32,183 nucleotides of DNA, from assembly GCA_032718475.1 (NCBI GenBank), contig JAUCBJ010007766.1:1-32183 (forward strand). Direction: 5' to 3'. Below, one piece after another: positions 20,601 through 30,900 of the stretch. Source of the stretch: Nemertoderma westbladi (taxonomy: Eukaryota > Animalia > Xenacoelomorpha). Positions within the stretch are counted from its first letter, which is position 1. Each line of letters begins with the position of its first letter. The notes under the pieces were generated by a model. The model was given only the letters and a program-made list of their open reading frames with translations, was not told the DNA's origin and ran no database searches. The position numbers and the translations under genes are program-made.

Positions 20601-23600
20601 CGGCATCAGGACAGCACCCAATAACACGAAGAGCAGAAAGGAGACCAAGTCTCTGACATCCTTCGGAATGACGAATCGACTCCAGTACACCATGGCGATG
20701 CAACCACGAGAGAATCAAACTCAAATTGTCGCAACTGTTGTACCCATGATGTCTGCACCAAGACTACTAACGTGCAAGACACCAATGCCAATGTAAATAA
20801 CAACGCTATTTTAGGAGCAATAACAGAGTTTCAGTCGGCTTTCATGACTCAGCTGGAGTTGATTCAAACTCAACTCCAAACACAGATGAATGGCTTACAC
20901 TACCAATTTCAGCAACAAATGAGACAGTTTGCTCAACAAAACCAGTCTCAACCCATGGTGTAGTACACACCGCAAACCAGGGTTACCAAGTCACATTCAC
21001 ACCACTCAAACATTTCAACCAAAACACCAAATGCAGCATCAGCAGCATCAAATTCAAATCTAGGTAATTTAAATAAACAAATTTATGAACATGTTTTTCT
21101 CCTAAACATTCAAGGTTTACATTTTCAATAAATATGTAATATTATGGTTTTGTTCAGAAATGGAAAAAATGAGAAAGCGCGTCACCGGGGGTTGAACCAG
21201 CGCTATACGTACGTTTCAGCCTATCAGGCCTCATCAGTAGCGCTAACCAGTTCAGCCACTTGTCCCTGACATTCACTATCCCACCTAATCCACTTCTATT
21301 GAACAGGCAGTCTTAAGTTGCATATCCTATCTCTAACAGCGGTCCTACCGGCCTCAAGTATGTTAGAGTGAAACAGGAGGAAAGTACAAATAAATAAATA
21401 TTCAGCTCGAGTATTGCTGCCAGGTGATATTAAATAAATAAATTGGAGTTGAGCTGTTAATGCAACTGTAATTAAATATGTAATATTATGGTTTTGTTCA
21501 GAAATGGAAAAAATGAGAAAGCGCGTCACCGGGGGTTGAACCAGCGCTATACGTACGTTTCAGCCTATCAGGCCTCATCAGTAGCGCTAACCAGTTCAGC
21601 CACTTGTCCCTGACATTCACTATCCCACCTAATCCACTTCTATTGAACAGGCAGTCTTAAGTTGCATATCCTATCTCTAACAGTGGTCCTACTGGCCTCA
21701 AGTATGTTAGAGTGAAACAGGAGGAAAGTACAAATAAATAAATATTCAGCTCGAGTATTGCTGCCAGGTGATATTAAATAAATAAATTGGAGTTGAGCTG
21801 TTAATGCAACTGTAATTAAATATGTAATATTATGGTTTTGTTCAGAAATTGAAAAAATGAGAAAGCGTGTCACCGGGGGTTTAACCAGCGCTATACGTAC
21901 GTTTCAGCCTATCAGGTCTCATCAGTAGCGCTAACCAAGTTTCTGAACAAAACCATAATATTACATATTTAATTACAGTTGCATATTAACAGCTCAACTC
22001 CAATTTATTTATTTACATTTTCATTGCGCAGTTAGCAAAATACTATATATAACAGATTTAGTATTTTGATGTTCCTATATTTATAGGTCTTACGAGATAG
22101 ATTTATGACTCATTAAAAAAATAATATTTATATATGGAGCTCAGTATTGATGCCTACACCTTTGAGCGAACTGACAGATCGTCCAGGTCTGAAGGAGGTG
22201 TTGGACTATACATTAAAAACAGTTTCCCCGTGTCTAAGGTTTTTTCCAAATTCAAATAAATATTGTTAAATATTAATAGTGCACTCAACACTCTAGTCAG
22301 TGTATGTGTAATATATCGCCCTCACCATTGTATAAATGCAGAATTTATTGATATTATGTGTGATCTAGATAGATTTCTAAACCAAGAAAAGTACAAATCT
22401 AATCTACATCATCAAATAATGATACAAAGTATCATTATTACTGGTGATTTCAATTTCCCATCAATGAACTGGAACGTCCTCTCAAATCATTCGATTGATT
22501 CACAGGATATTTTTCAAGGCAATTTACTTTTAAAATTTATGTCAAACGGGTTCCTAACTAATCCAAGATTCATAAGCCCCAGAATAACAATATCATTGAT
22601 CCATTTCTTACAAACGACAATGAATTTATTGATATGTAGTACATATTGTCAAAGAAACTACGAACAACAATTATAAAAACATTAAAATAAATAATAATGA
22701 CACGATTAGACAACCTGTACCTTTTAGTAATCTAAATATTCAATCTGCAAAAATTAATTTGAATGCTATACAAAATTACTTATGTGAATTGGATTGAAAT
22801 GTAATTTTTATTGTCTGTCGATGGCATGACAGACATCTTTACAAGACATTTTGAAGCTGCTTGCTGTAACAATGTACCAGTATGGAAGAAACAAGGTGGA
22901 AGTAAAATTCCAAAGGTTCATCTAATACTTTTGAAAAAGAAAGTGTTTATTGAAACAAATAATAAATGCAACCTCAAAAGAAAAAATATCCTGCCTGAAC
23001 ATTGAACAACAATGTTAGAGTAATTTATTGAATGTAAATTATTCAAATTACCTTAATTAATAAATAAAAAAATATAAAAAATATAAAAAAATAATAATTA
23101 AACTTAATTCAAACTAACTAAGACCCAATAGGCTCTTGTTCAACCCCAAGTGGCGTGCTTCCTAATTTTTCCCATTTCAAAAATATCCAAAACATAACAC
23201 CTCTTAACAGAAGTAAAACACAAAGTAAATAATTAACCTGTCAGGGAACCAAGGATTCATGTCTCGTTTATCAATGGATCTTTTACGAATATTCTCCGCC
23301 GGTTCGTAACGTTTAGTTAAGGAACTCAAGGCAGCCACTCGATCTGCTGCGCCGGCTGGTTTAGGTAACGTATCGGGGTCGACTGCATCTCTCTTCGCCC
23401 GATTTGCTCCATCAACCGTAAAAAGATCCTTCACTGACCAATCATTAACGCTTGGTGGTGGAGCTGGTGTGGCTGGTGGTGCATTGGTGGGCGCCGGTGG
23501 CGGGGATGTTTTTTTATGACTCCTGTATGTCGACTCGTTTCCAAGAGTTATTGCCGTGCCAGTATCATCACCACGTGCTAAAAATAGGCAACAATTATGT

Positions 23601-26600
23601 TCCAATTATGACAACAATAACAAGCGCGAAAACGTTCAAGTTGTTACTAGAGGTCTCGCTACACGGACCTAATCCTAAAATAGTCTAAAGTTATAGTTAA
23701 TGGTATGAAATGGCCGAGCAAACTACTCCTGTTTGTGAGTGAGTACAAAGCCATAATTGGCATCCTAAGCTCACTAAGAGGTATGACATCAGCTTATGGC
23801 ACTCACACAAGTGTTATAACCATTCGCTGATGGCTCACAGTTCTGAATCTACCAACAATGCTAAATTATCTAATAATCCTATTGGCAGTATAGAGGGTAG
23901 GTGAAATGCCTGGATTCCGCCTACACTCTGAGTTAATAAATGTTGCAACTATGTAACGCAATATTGCACCGTCCCATAAGCTCTGAGAGATTTAAATATT
24001 ATTTCAGATTATTATTGGGCTGAATTTTCCCAAACATTTTCATATCAAATACAGAACGGACCCCTGAAACAAAGAGACCCCAAATCACACTGTCAGCCAT
24101 GAAAGAGGATACTATAGTACCTATAGTACTATGGTACATGGCAGTAGCCAGCTAAAACCAGTGTGTTTGCAGAGTAGAGATCAGGTTTGCCGATGGGATC
24201 TTAGATGCCACCATATTTGCAGAGCCCCCCAGTATGGTGGTACAGTATATCCAACATTGTTTACTCTGCTTCACACTCTGGTATATATATCAGCTTCCAG
24301 GGCACTGGTGTCTCTATTAGTGAAGCTCAACAAGGAATGCTTCTAGCTCCGAGGAAAAGTCACACTTTTAAGATGCTAAATTTTCCTGATCCAGCACAAC
24401 TGGGATGATGACAGACGATGCTTCACGTTGTGGGTGCTGATGTTCTGCCTAACTACATTGTGGAGGCAGCGTCTTCTAAATGCGACGAAATGCGACAGAT
24501 GCCTATATGTGATATAACCAAACACTACTGCCCTGTAAAACTTTGAAACTCTTCGCGAACGTCAAACAAAACTATTTAAATTGTTTTAAGTTTCTAACTC
24601 CAAAAATCCCAAGGCCCATTTTCTTTATTCTCTCCCAAACAATAATTATTTATTACATGGGAAAAAGGTAGAACACTATTCACTATTCTCGTGGTAATAC
24701 GTAATTTTATTCTAAAATTTGTACTTTTTTGTCATTTAATTCTTTACTAAAAGATAGAGCGATATAGTGTTACAGAATAAATTTAACTGGAGTATTTTAC
24801 AATATTCCTTAGGAGTGGGTTACTGCGATTAAAATTATTGTACTCTCCAACTCCTGATGCTGCCTTACTCTATGTTAAATAATTTACTGTTCTCGAATAT
24901 TTATTACGTAACTAGAGAGCCGCTTAACTACATAAACCAATATTGGATATTCCTTTCCGTTTCGGAGTACGCTTTCCCGACACTAAAGTTGCAATAACTT
25001 TTGAATGTGTGAATGGATTTTGCTCAAATCACTTGCAAACCTTTTCTGCTTCGATGCCCTTTCAACATATCTGAATTTAAGAAATTACACTTTTTTTCCA
25101 CTTTTCACATTTGCGTTTTTTCACGGTGAAAAAAAGTGAAATCAATGCAATCAATCCCATGGGTTACTTTTTCCACAGGGAATAAAGTACTCCTTTTTCT
25201 CCCGATTGTGGGGAATATTCGAGCGAAAAAGTAACAATTCAAGAATAAAACTCTTTTAGAAATGTTACAGTAAGTTGATATTTGTTGTTTATATATACTA
25301 TTAGTTGATTTCAAGTAGGAATAACAATTGTTTAAGTGTATACTTTAGTTTCACATAAGTACGACCTTAGATAATTTAAGTTCATCTGGCACCACATTAT
25401 CAGGTATTACAACTACTCCTTGGTTAAAACAACAGGAAAACAACAAAACAACAGAAAATTGGAATGTTACCAATAAAATTGTAATGTCAGGCCAGGAAGA
25501 GGGAGGATTGGTGTTCGGCGAAAGTGTATAAAGTACTTACAGCACCAAAAGTACTGTTTTGGGGAATTACTTTCTAGTGTATTCGGTGTATTCCCAGAAC
25601 AGCTGGTGTGAATGAACTCCATTCACTCTATTATTATATAATATATACCTACCTATTAGCAACATTTTGTATATTTGATTTTCAAGTTAATTTTATATTT
25701 CTAATACAGATTTTCTTATATTTCCAATTCAAATAGTCAATTTTTTCAAACAATTGGATCCAAAAAAAACTTCTAGCGAAAAACGTTTGCATCCACTGGT
25801 AATGAATTTCGAAGTCTTATGGGGAGTCCTTCAGGGTGACACACTTGCACCATTCTTATTCGTAATTGTTGTTGATTATGTTCTATGCATGTCCTTAGAT
25901 CATCTTAATAAAGATGGGGTGAAAGTAACACCCATTACTGGCATAAGAAGTAAAGGAAATCAAGCAAAGTACCTTGGGCCAACTGATCTAGAACTGATGT
26001 CTGATCGTAAGGCCATAAGCAATAAGGGCGGCTTACTTGAGCACGTGGATGACTTCTGGTACTTGGGATCACGGATCAGAAAGTCAGGTGATGACCTTCA
26101 AATATGTAAGGGGAAGGCATGGGCAGCGTTAAATAGTCTGTCCAGGATTTGGAAGTCCCATATAATAAAACGGAACCTTTAGGTTCGATTATTTATGGCA
26201 GTAGTAGTACCAGTACTCCTATATGGGAGTCCATGCTGGGCTCTAACTGCAGAGGATACTAAATCTCTGGATGGCACTTTCACAAGAATGCTGCGCCGGG
26301 TTAATTGTGTCAAGTTTAACAAATACATCTCCAATAAGACTCTATACAACATTGGAGGTGTTCCATTAGTCTCCCCTAGCTTGACACTTGAACGGAACCA
26401 CCTCCGCTTTGCAGGACATTGCTTTCGCCGTGAGGACCAGCCAGTGCATAATCTTGTGCTTTGGCGGCCTCATGGAGCGAATAAGCATGAGGACAGCCCA
26501 TGACTTTCGTGAGTCTTCACTTGGGGTAAACTGCAAAGTGAAATATAACAGCAGAAATGAAATCACATTGGCCTTTTATGCTATATGTAAAGTAGGCCTA

Positions 26601-27056
26601 TATGATTTAAACTCGTTTTATATTCTGATAGTTAATTGTGCTCTTATTTTCTTTTATAAAGATCCTGTCCTGATTTCCCAAAGGTAGATTGAGCATTCCT
26701 AGTTGAAGTGTCCGTTTAAGTCCGAGTGGATACGCCGAGTGGATTTCGCCTGATCTGCTTGAAGTAGCTAGTAATTAATTGTCATGTGATAGAAAATATA
26801 ATTGTAGTGAAAGATTTAAACGCCGTATAACTGCTTGTTTGGAGATATCACGGTGATACCAAGTATTTTTTCGAAAGTTAACATTCGGCTAAAATTTATA
26901 TATATACAGCCAAATAGTTTAATCCAAAAAGTTGCTTCGCTCTTCGATAAAGGGTCCACAACTCCTAGTGGACACTTCGACAATCAGTGATAACAGATAA
27001 TATGATTACTTACCTGATAACGCAAGCAGAACCACTAGGAACTGTTTATAATCCAT
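14306..27056 (-). CDS. 8-exon gene for a secreted zinc metallopeptidase with ShKT and FN3 domains (571 aa)
   Basis: complement(join(14306..14611,14814..15083,15703..15929,16138..16356,17615..17730,18798..18992,23238..23577,27014..27056)) = 1716 nt. All introns are GT-AG and phases are consistent (1,2,2,1,1,0,0), giving one open frame. Confidence 0.88.
14814..15083 (-). CDS. Exon 7: ShKT domain and start of FN3
   Basis: CDDGSNACGFWKDIGECQNNPGFMFSVCRASCGYC has the six-Cys ShKT pattern ending CxxxCxxC, followed by PDPPKAV. Boundaries are TTTAG| and CAG|GTATAA. Confidence 0.92.
15703..15929 (-). CDS. Exon 6: C-terminal part of the peptidase domain
   Basis: TTTGCAG| acceptor, ASNPAEWMGENMMYYF...VNTRNELKSYDRAAYDLTERIFPC, donor |GTAAGT. 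A candidate third Zn ligand (Glu) lies in EWMGE. Confidence 0.85.
16138..16356 (-). CDS. Exon 5: catalytic HExxH motif
   Basis: GLGGT...SGAEENLL...YYGNNIYLHELGHGIH, bounded by TACAG| and G|GTAAGG. Confidence 0.92.
17615..17730 (-). CDS. Exon 4: peptidase domain (not in the ORF track)
   Basis: TTTTCAG| acceptor, QDIRNAMYNSHARLAIMSKDEASNDMPEHINRADSGVR, donor G|GTGAAG. Phases join exons 3 and 5. Confidence 0.85.
17760..18831. repeat. 44-bp minisatellite spanning the exon 3 donor, interrupted by a LINE fragment
   Basis: Unit CTATCTAACATCATGAACCAAGTAATGTAACARGTATAACCTAC starts at 18534, 18578, 18622, 18666, 18710, 18754 and 18798. Decayed copies lie at ~17760-17967. Confidence 0.95.
17968..18533 (-). 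mobile_element. 5'-truncated RTE-like LINE copy
   Basis: Nearly identical to 27916-28477, with a (TAG)n 3' tail. Flanked by the duplication CTATCTA (17961-17967 and 18534-18540). Confidence 0.93.
18798..18992 (-). CDS. Exon 3: start of the peptidase domain (not in the ORF track)
   Basis: TTTCAG| acceptor, GDAWRNVNCRHVSPPPNAVVAEMNLDPFYKKYLHAYGIPILSSENVPDEALRRACYITWFMMLD, donor AG|GTAGGT. 195 nt, phase 2-2. Confidence 0.88.
20152..20305 (+). repeat. 33-bp tandem repeat, ~4.5 copies, encoding ELVEDEVEVAD within LINE ORF1
   Basis: Unit GAGTTAGTGGAGGATGAGGTTGAAGTTGCCGAT, in frame with the start of the downstream finger region. Confidence 0.92.
21195..21248 (-). ncRNA. Type I minimal hammerhead ribozyme, copy 1
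   Basis: GGUUAGCGCUA-CUGAUGA-GGCCU gau AGGCU-GAAA-CGUACG-UA^-UAGCGCUGGUU: intact core, stems I and II, short palindromic stem III, GUA cleavage triplet. Confidence 0.92.
21539..21592 (-). ncRNA. Type I minimal hammerhead ribozyme, copy 2
   Basis: Identical to copy 1, offset by 344 bp. Confidence 0.92.
21883..21936 (-). ncRNA. Type I minimal hammerhead ribozyme, copy 3 (stem II mismatch)
   Basis: Core intact. The 5' arm of stem II is GACCU rather than GGCCU. Confidence 0.85.
23238..23577 (-). CDS. Exon 2: Pro-rich propeptide with dibasic/furin-like sites
   Basis: TTTTTAG|CA acceptor, RGDDTGT...PPPAPTNAPPATPAPPP...RAKR...TKR...RKRSIDKRDMNPWFPD, donor AG|GTTAAT. Phase 1-2. Confidence 0.82.
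24641..24903. mobile_element. Inverted, diverged copy of the 9720-10072 repeat
   Basis: The reverse complement aligns colinearly with 9720-9937 and with the terminus at 10039-10072. It lacks one foldback arm. Confidence 0.75.
25808..26510 (+). mobile_element. Older, internally deleted RTE-like LINE fragment (RT and C-terminus)
   Basis: FEVLWGVLQGDTLAPFLF and LRFAGHCFRREDQPVHNLVLW match the 27955-29898 protein. The FADD region is deleted and there is an in-frame stop at ~26180. Confidence 0.92.
27014..27056 (-). CDS. First coding exon: signal peptide
   Basis: ACAATGG start context, MDYKQFLVVLLALS, donor G|GTAAGT. Splicing to exon 2 gives MDYKQFLVVLLALSARG-DD, a typical signal peptide. Confidence 0.78.
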
Positions 27057-27915
27057 TGTCTTCTATTCCACGTGATCCTTGTAAGGAAATTTAAAACAAT
27101 CATTACAGTTATGTGGCTATATATATGGAAATCATGGCAGTCAATTTTATTTCGGTACTTAACAACGGATCTTGCGTGTAACATTCATGCCACCGTCATG
27201 ATTCTGTAAGTTACACTTAAAAACGAAACTATATACACTCGAAATAGATGACACATTGATTACATTTTGATAATACTAGTTGATTGACATCCAAGAGGGT
27301 ACGTTGTGTAGGTGCTTTAGTTCAATAACTAATCATTTTAAAAAGGTTTGTAGGAAGTCATAGATAATAAGGCTACAAAAGGATACATGCGATAAATCCA
27401 TAGCTCTTTTAAAAAAATGATTATGTGATATTCGATTTCGGTAGCAACTCTTGCAGGAATGAATGCAGTTTGTTAAATGCATGCTGGAAGCATGAGTACC
27501 ATCGTGCCTCTGCATAATAATTGGTTGTTTTTCTGAACAAGTGCTTTTTGTTGATGATATTTTACCAAAACGTAATGAAGGAATTTTTTCCACAACCTTG
27601 TGTTTTTAAGCGATTTATAACCGACGATTCTGTATCAGGAATACATAAATGCACACTTAATCCCTGGAAATTCATGTATGTATGTGAATCAACGGCAATG
27701 TACTTATACTGCTGTTCACCTGTTATCTTCATCAGACAGTAACCTTTAGTCGTTACATTTCTTGCCTACTTCTTATACTATCAATCTTACCACAATCTCT
27801 TCATTTATCTACCAGTAGTATTCCAGGGAATAAAGTGTAAACATATTCGTGGCGCCGTCTGTGTTCACCTGTATAATGGTTTACTGCGACCGAATGAAGT
27901 TGAGAGGTGGAGAAA

Positions 27916-30900
27916 CTACTACTAGTATCGGCATGCTGCATTGCAGCTGCATTTTTAAAAATGCTGTGCCGGCTTGTCGACAAAATTGCGCCGCCACAAC
28001 TCCCTATCACCCATGACATTTGCTAGATCATCCGCATCTTCAAGGCCAGTGTCCTTTAAGATGCGTCTCAAGAAAGTCATGGGCTGTCCACCATGCTTAT
28101 TCACTCCATGAGGCTGCCAAAGTACAAGATTATGCACTGGCTGGTCCTCACGGCGAAAGCAATGTCCTGCAAAGCAGAGGCGATTTTGTTCTAGTGTCAA
28201 GCTTGGGGGAACCAATGAGCCACCTCCAATGTTATATAGTGTCTGGTTGGAGATGTGTGCATTGTACTTGACACAATGAACCCGGCGTAGCATTCTTGTG
28301 AATGTGCCATCCAGAGATTTGGTGTCCTCAGCAGTTAGAGCCCAGCATGGACTCCCATAGAGTACTGGAACTACTGCTGCTCTAAATAATCGGACCTTAA
28401 GTTTCCGATTAATTCTCGGTGACTTCCAAATCCTGAAATGCCTATTCAAGGCTGCCCATGCCTTTCCCTTACGTATTCGAAGGTCCTCACCTGACTTCCG
28501 GATCCATGATCCCAGGTAACAGAAGTCGTCCACATGCTCAAGCATACCATTCTTTGAGCTTATGCTCATCCGATCAGAGACTTGCTGAGAACTTTCAAAG
28601 TTAACTGTCAAAATTTTGGTCTTTCTGGAGTTAATAAAAAGACCAACACTAGAAGCAGCATGTTCTAATGAGCTGAGGAGCTGTTGGGCTCCCTCTAGTG
28701 ATTCTGAGAGTACTCCTAAGTAATCAGCAAAGTCTAGATCAGGTAGGTACTTGGCAGGATTTCCTCGACTTCTGGAGCCAGTACGTGGAGTTATCATCAC
28801 CCCATCATCATTATGATGATCTAAGGACATGCATAGAACATAGTCAACCACAATTATGAACAAGAATGGTGCAAGTGTGTCTCCCTGGAGGACGCCCCAT
28901 AACACTTCAAATGGTTCTGTGTCACCATCAACAGTAGACACAAATTTTGTCGAACCATCGTATACTAATCTGATTGCTGCAATAATTTCATCAGGAATCC
29001 CATATAATGAAAGTATGCTGAACATACGTGAGCGGGAGACTGAATCAAAGGCCTTGAAGAAGTCAACAAAGATAACAGCCAGATGCCTGTCTTTCATTTT
29101 TGATAACTCTTCAATAATCCTTGTAAGGGCCAAAATGGGTTCCATGGTCCCACGACCTTTACGGAACCCATTCTGATTTCCACGGAGCAGTCTCTCAATG
29201 GGATCCCTGATGCGATTTAATATAATTCTATTGTATAGCTTTGCAGCAATCGAGATCAATGAGATTCCCCGAAAAGAACCATAGAGTGTTAGGTTGCCCT
29301 TCTTGGGAACTGGCACCAACTTATTTGTTTTCATTTCTAGTGGGACTCTTGTTGTTCGGTACATGTCAACTATGATGGGATAGATGAGGTTTAAACACTC
29401 AGGTATTTTAAAGACCTCAGGGGGAACACCATCTACTCCACTGGCACGATTGGTCTTAATGCTCTTTGCAGCAGCCTTCACTTCTGCAAAGGAGATATTG
29501 CCAATGGGAATATCTGGGAGTACAGACTCAGACACTTTTACTTCTATAAAGTTATCAGGCAATACCCTGTCATTATTGAGGAGCTTTTCAAAGTGGGCCT
29601 TCAAACCATTGAAGCGATCGGCTGGTGATTCAGCCTTAACCTTGGTGGTTGGTTGGCTTTTCCGCCCAGTAAGCAAGTTGATCGATTTCCATGCCTGGGA
29701 TGATTGCCTGCTGTCGTCAGCATCATAGCCCTCACAGTGATCTGCCGCCTCAGAGGCAAGAACCTCATACCTGTTGCTCAGCTGTAGTGTGAAGCTGGAT
29801 CTCACACTAGGCTGTTGCAACAGAGAGGACCAGACATGCCGCGGCAAGGCAGATTGCGTTGTTCTGCTAGCACGCAGACTAAGTCTTACCTTGGCCACAA
29901 TAAGGCGGTGATCACTGGAAAAGGGTCGAAGTGTAAATGCATTAGTCTTGTATAGAGCTCTTGTACTTCCAACGAAACAGAATATGGTCTATCTGGGACT
30001 TGTGACCACAGGGTCCACTATGAGTCCATAGCTTTCCAGTTTGCTTCTTGAACTGGGTTCCAGCCGAAAACAATCCATTTCCAGAGATAAAATCCTGAAG
30101 ATGGACGGAATTTCGGTTGACACTATTGCTATAGACCCAGGGCGATGTAGGTGATTGATGCAGACTTGCATTAAAGTCTCCCAGGAATGTTAAGAATGCA
30201 TGCTGATCCACTCCATCAGTAGCTGCTGGTAGATTGTGGTAGAAATTTTCCACCTCCTCTACAGGGGCAACACTAGTTGGAGAGTAGCACACAATCAGAA
30301 CCACCTTAGGAAACTTCTTAGCCAGTCTTCCAGAACATGAGAAGTGGCAAAGGATGATGCGGTTAGAGATTTGGTCTATTTTGTCCAAGGCTGCATGTGC
30401 AGTTGGATTCATCAATAGACCAATACCACCATTGCCACTATCATCTGCTGACGCGAGGGCGAGTCGCCAACCGCCCCCCATGTCCTTAATCAGAACCTCA
30501 TCAGTCTGTCCAGTCTGCATTCGGTGCTCTTGAACACCCACTGCGCTAAGAGAAAGCTTATCTGCCAAGGCAGTCAGCTCACCTTGTCGCATTGGGGACC
30601 CGAGTGTTAGGGTGTTTACTGAGGCTAGTCTAGTGACTTGCCTCAGATTCACCAATGGCTTTGTTGGTCAGGGTGGAACATGAGAGTAGCCTCCAACTCC
30701 AGAATCCCTCTCCCCCTCACAATCTGGCCTCCCTGGTGACCCAGGGTTTGGGCCAGAAAGGTCATCAGGAAAGGGACTCAAAGAATTGTTGGCTTCTCTC
30801 TCTCCAGTAGGGGGTGAGACAGGCAGCCGGTCAGGAGATAACTGACGCCTGTGAGGCCGATTGTGTCCGGTAATTCCACTGGCCTCTAGTGGCCGGACCT

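Larger units (their letters stand above)
21128..22011 (-). mobile_element. Hammerhead-bearing non-coding retroelement (retrozyme or Penelope pLTR-like): 344-bp unit x ~2.35 plus a 5' inverted fragment
   Basis: Exact 344-bp period over ~21129-21937. Segment ~21940-22015 is a reverse complement of part of the unit. A 12-bp TSD TTTACATTTTCA lies at 21116-21127 and 22012-22023. Confidence 0.88.
19640..23100 (+). mobile_element. Decayed CR1/L2-group LINE: ORF1 with CCCH-like fingers and a Gln-rich end, plus an APE endonuclease remnant; RT missing
   Basis: ~20365-20605 gives frameshifted Cys/His arrays (RFFRRGTCKRG..GTGC...PKLCKRF...GCKFG...YFHP..LCRTS...CFSKSCTYYH). APE motifs are LLNIQGL (~21098), RTDR..RSEGGVGLYIK (~22167-22218), VIYRP and IITGDFNFPSMNW. 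Many stops; boundaries approximate. Confidence 0.75.

Noticed and set aside
21296-21873. Twin 77-aa ORFs (MTRFLIFS...)
   Set aside because: They are by-products of the 344-bp repeat, with a GTG start and no recognisable motif.
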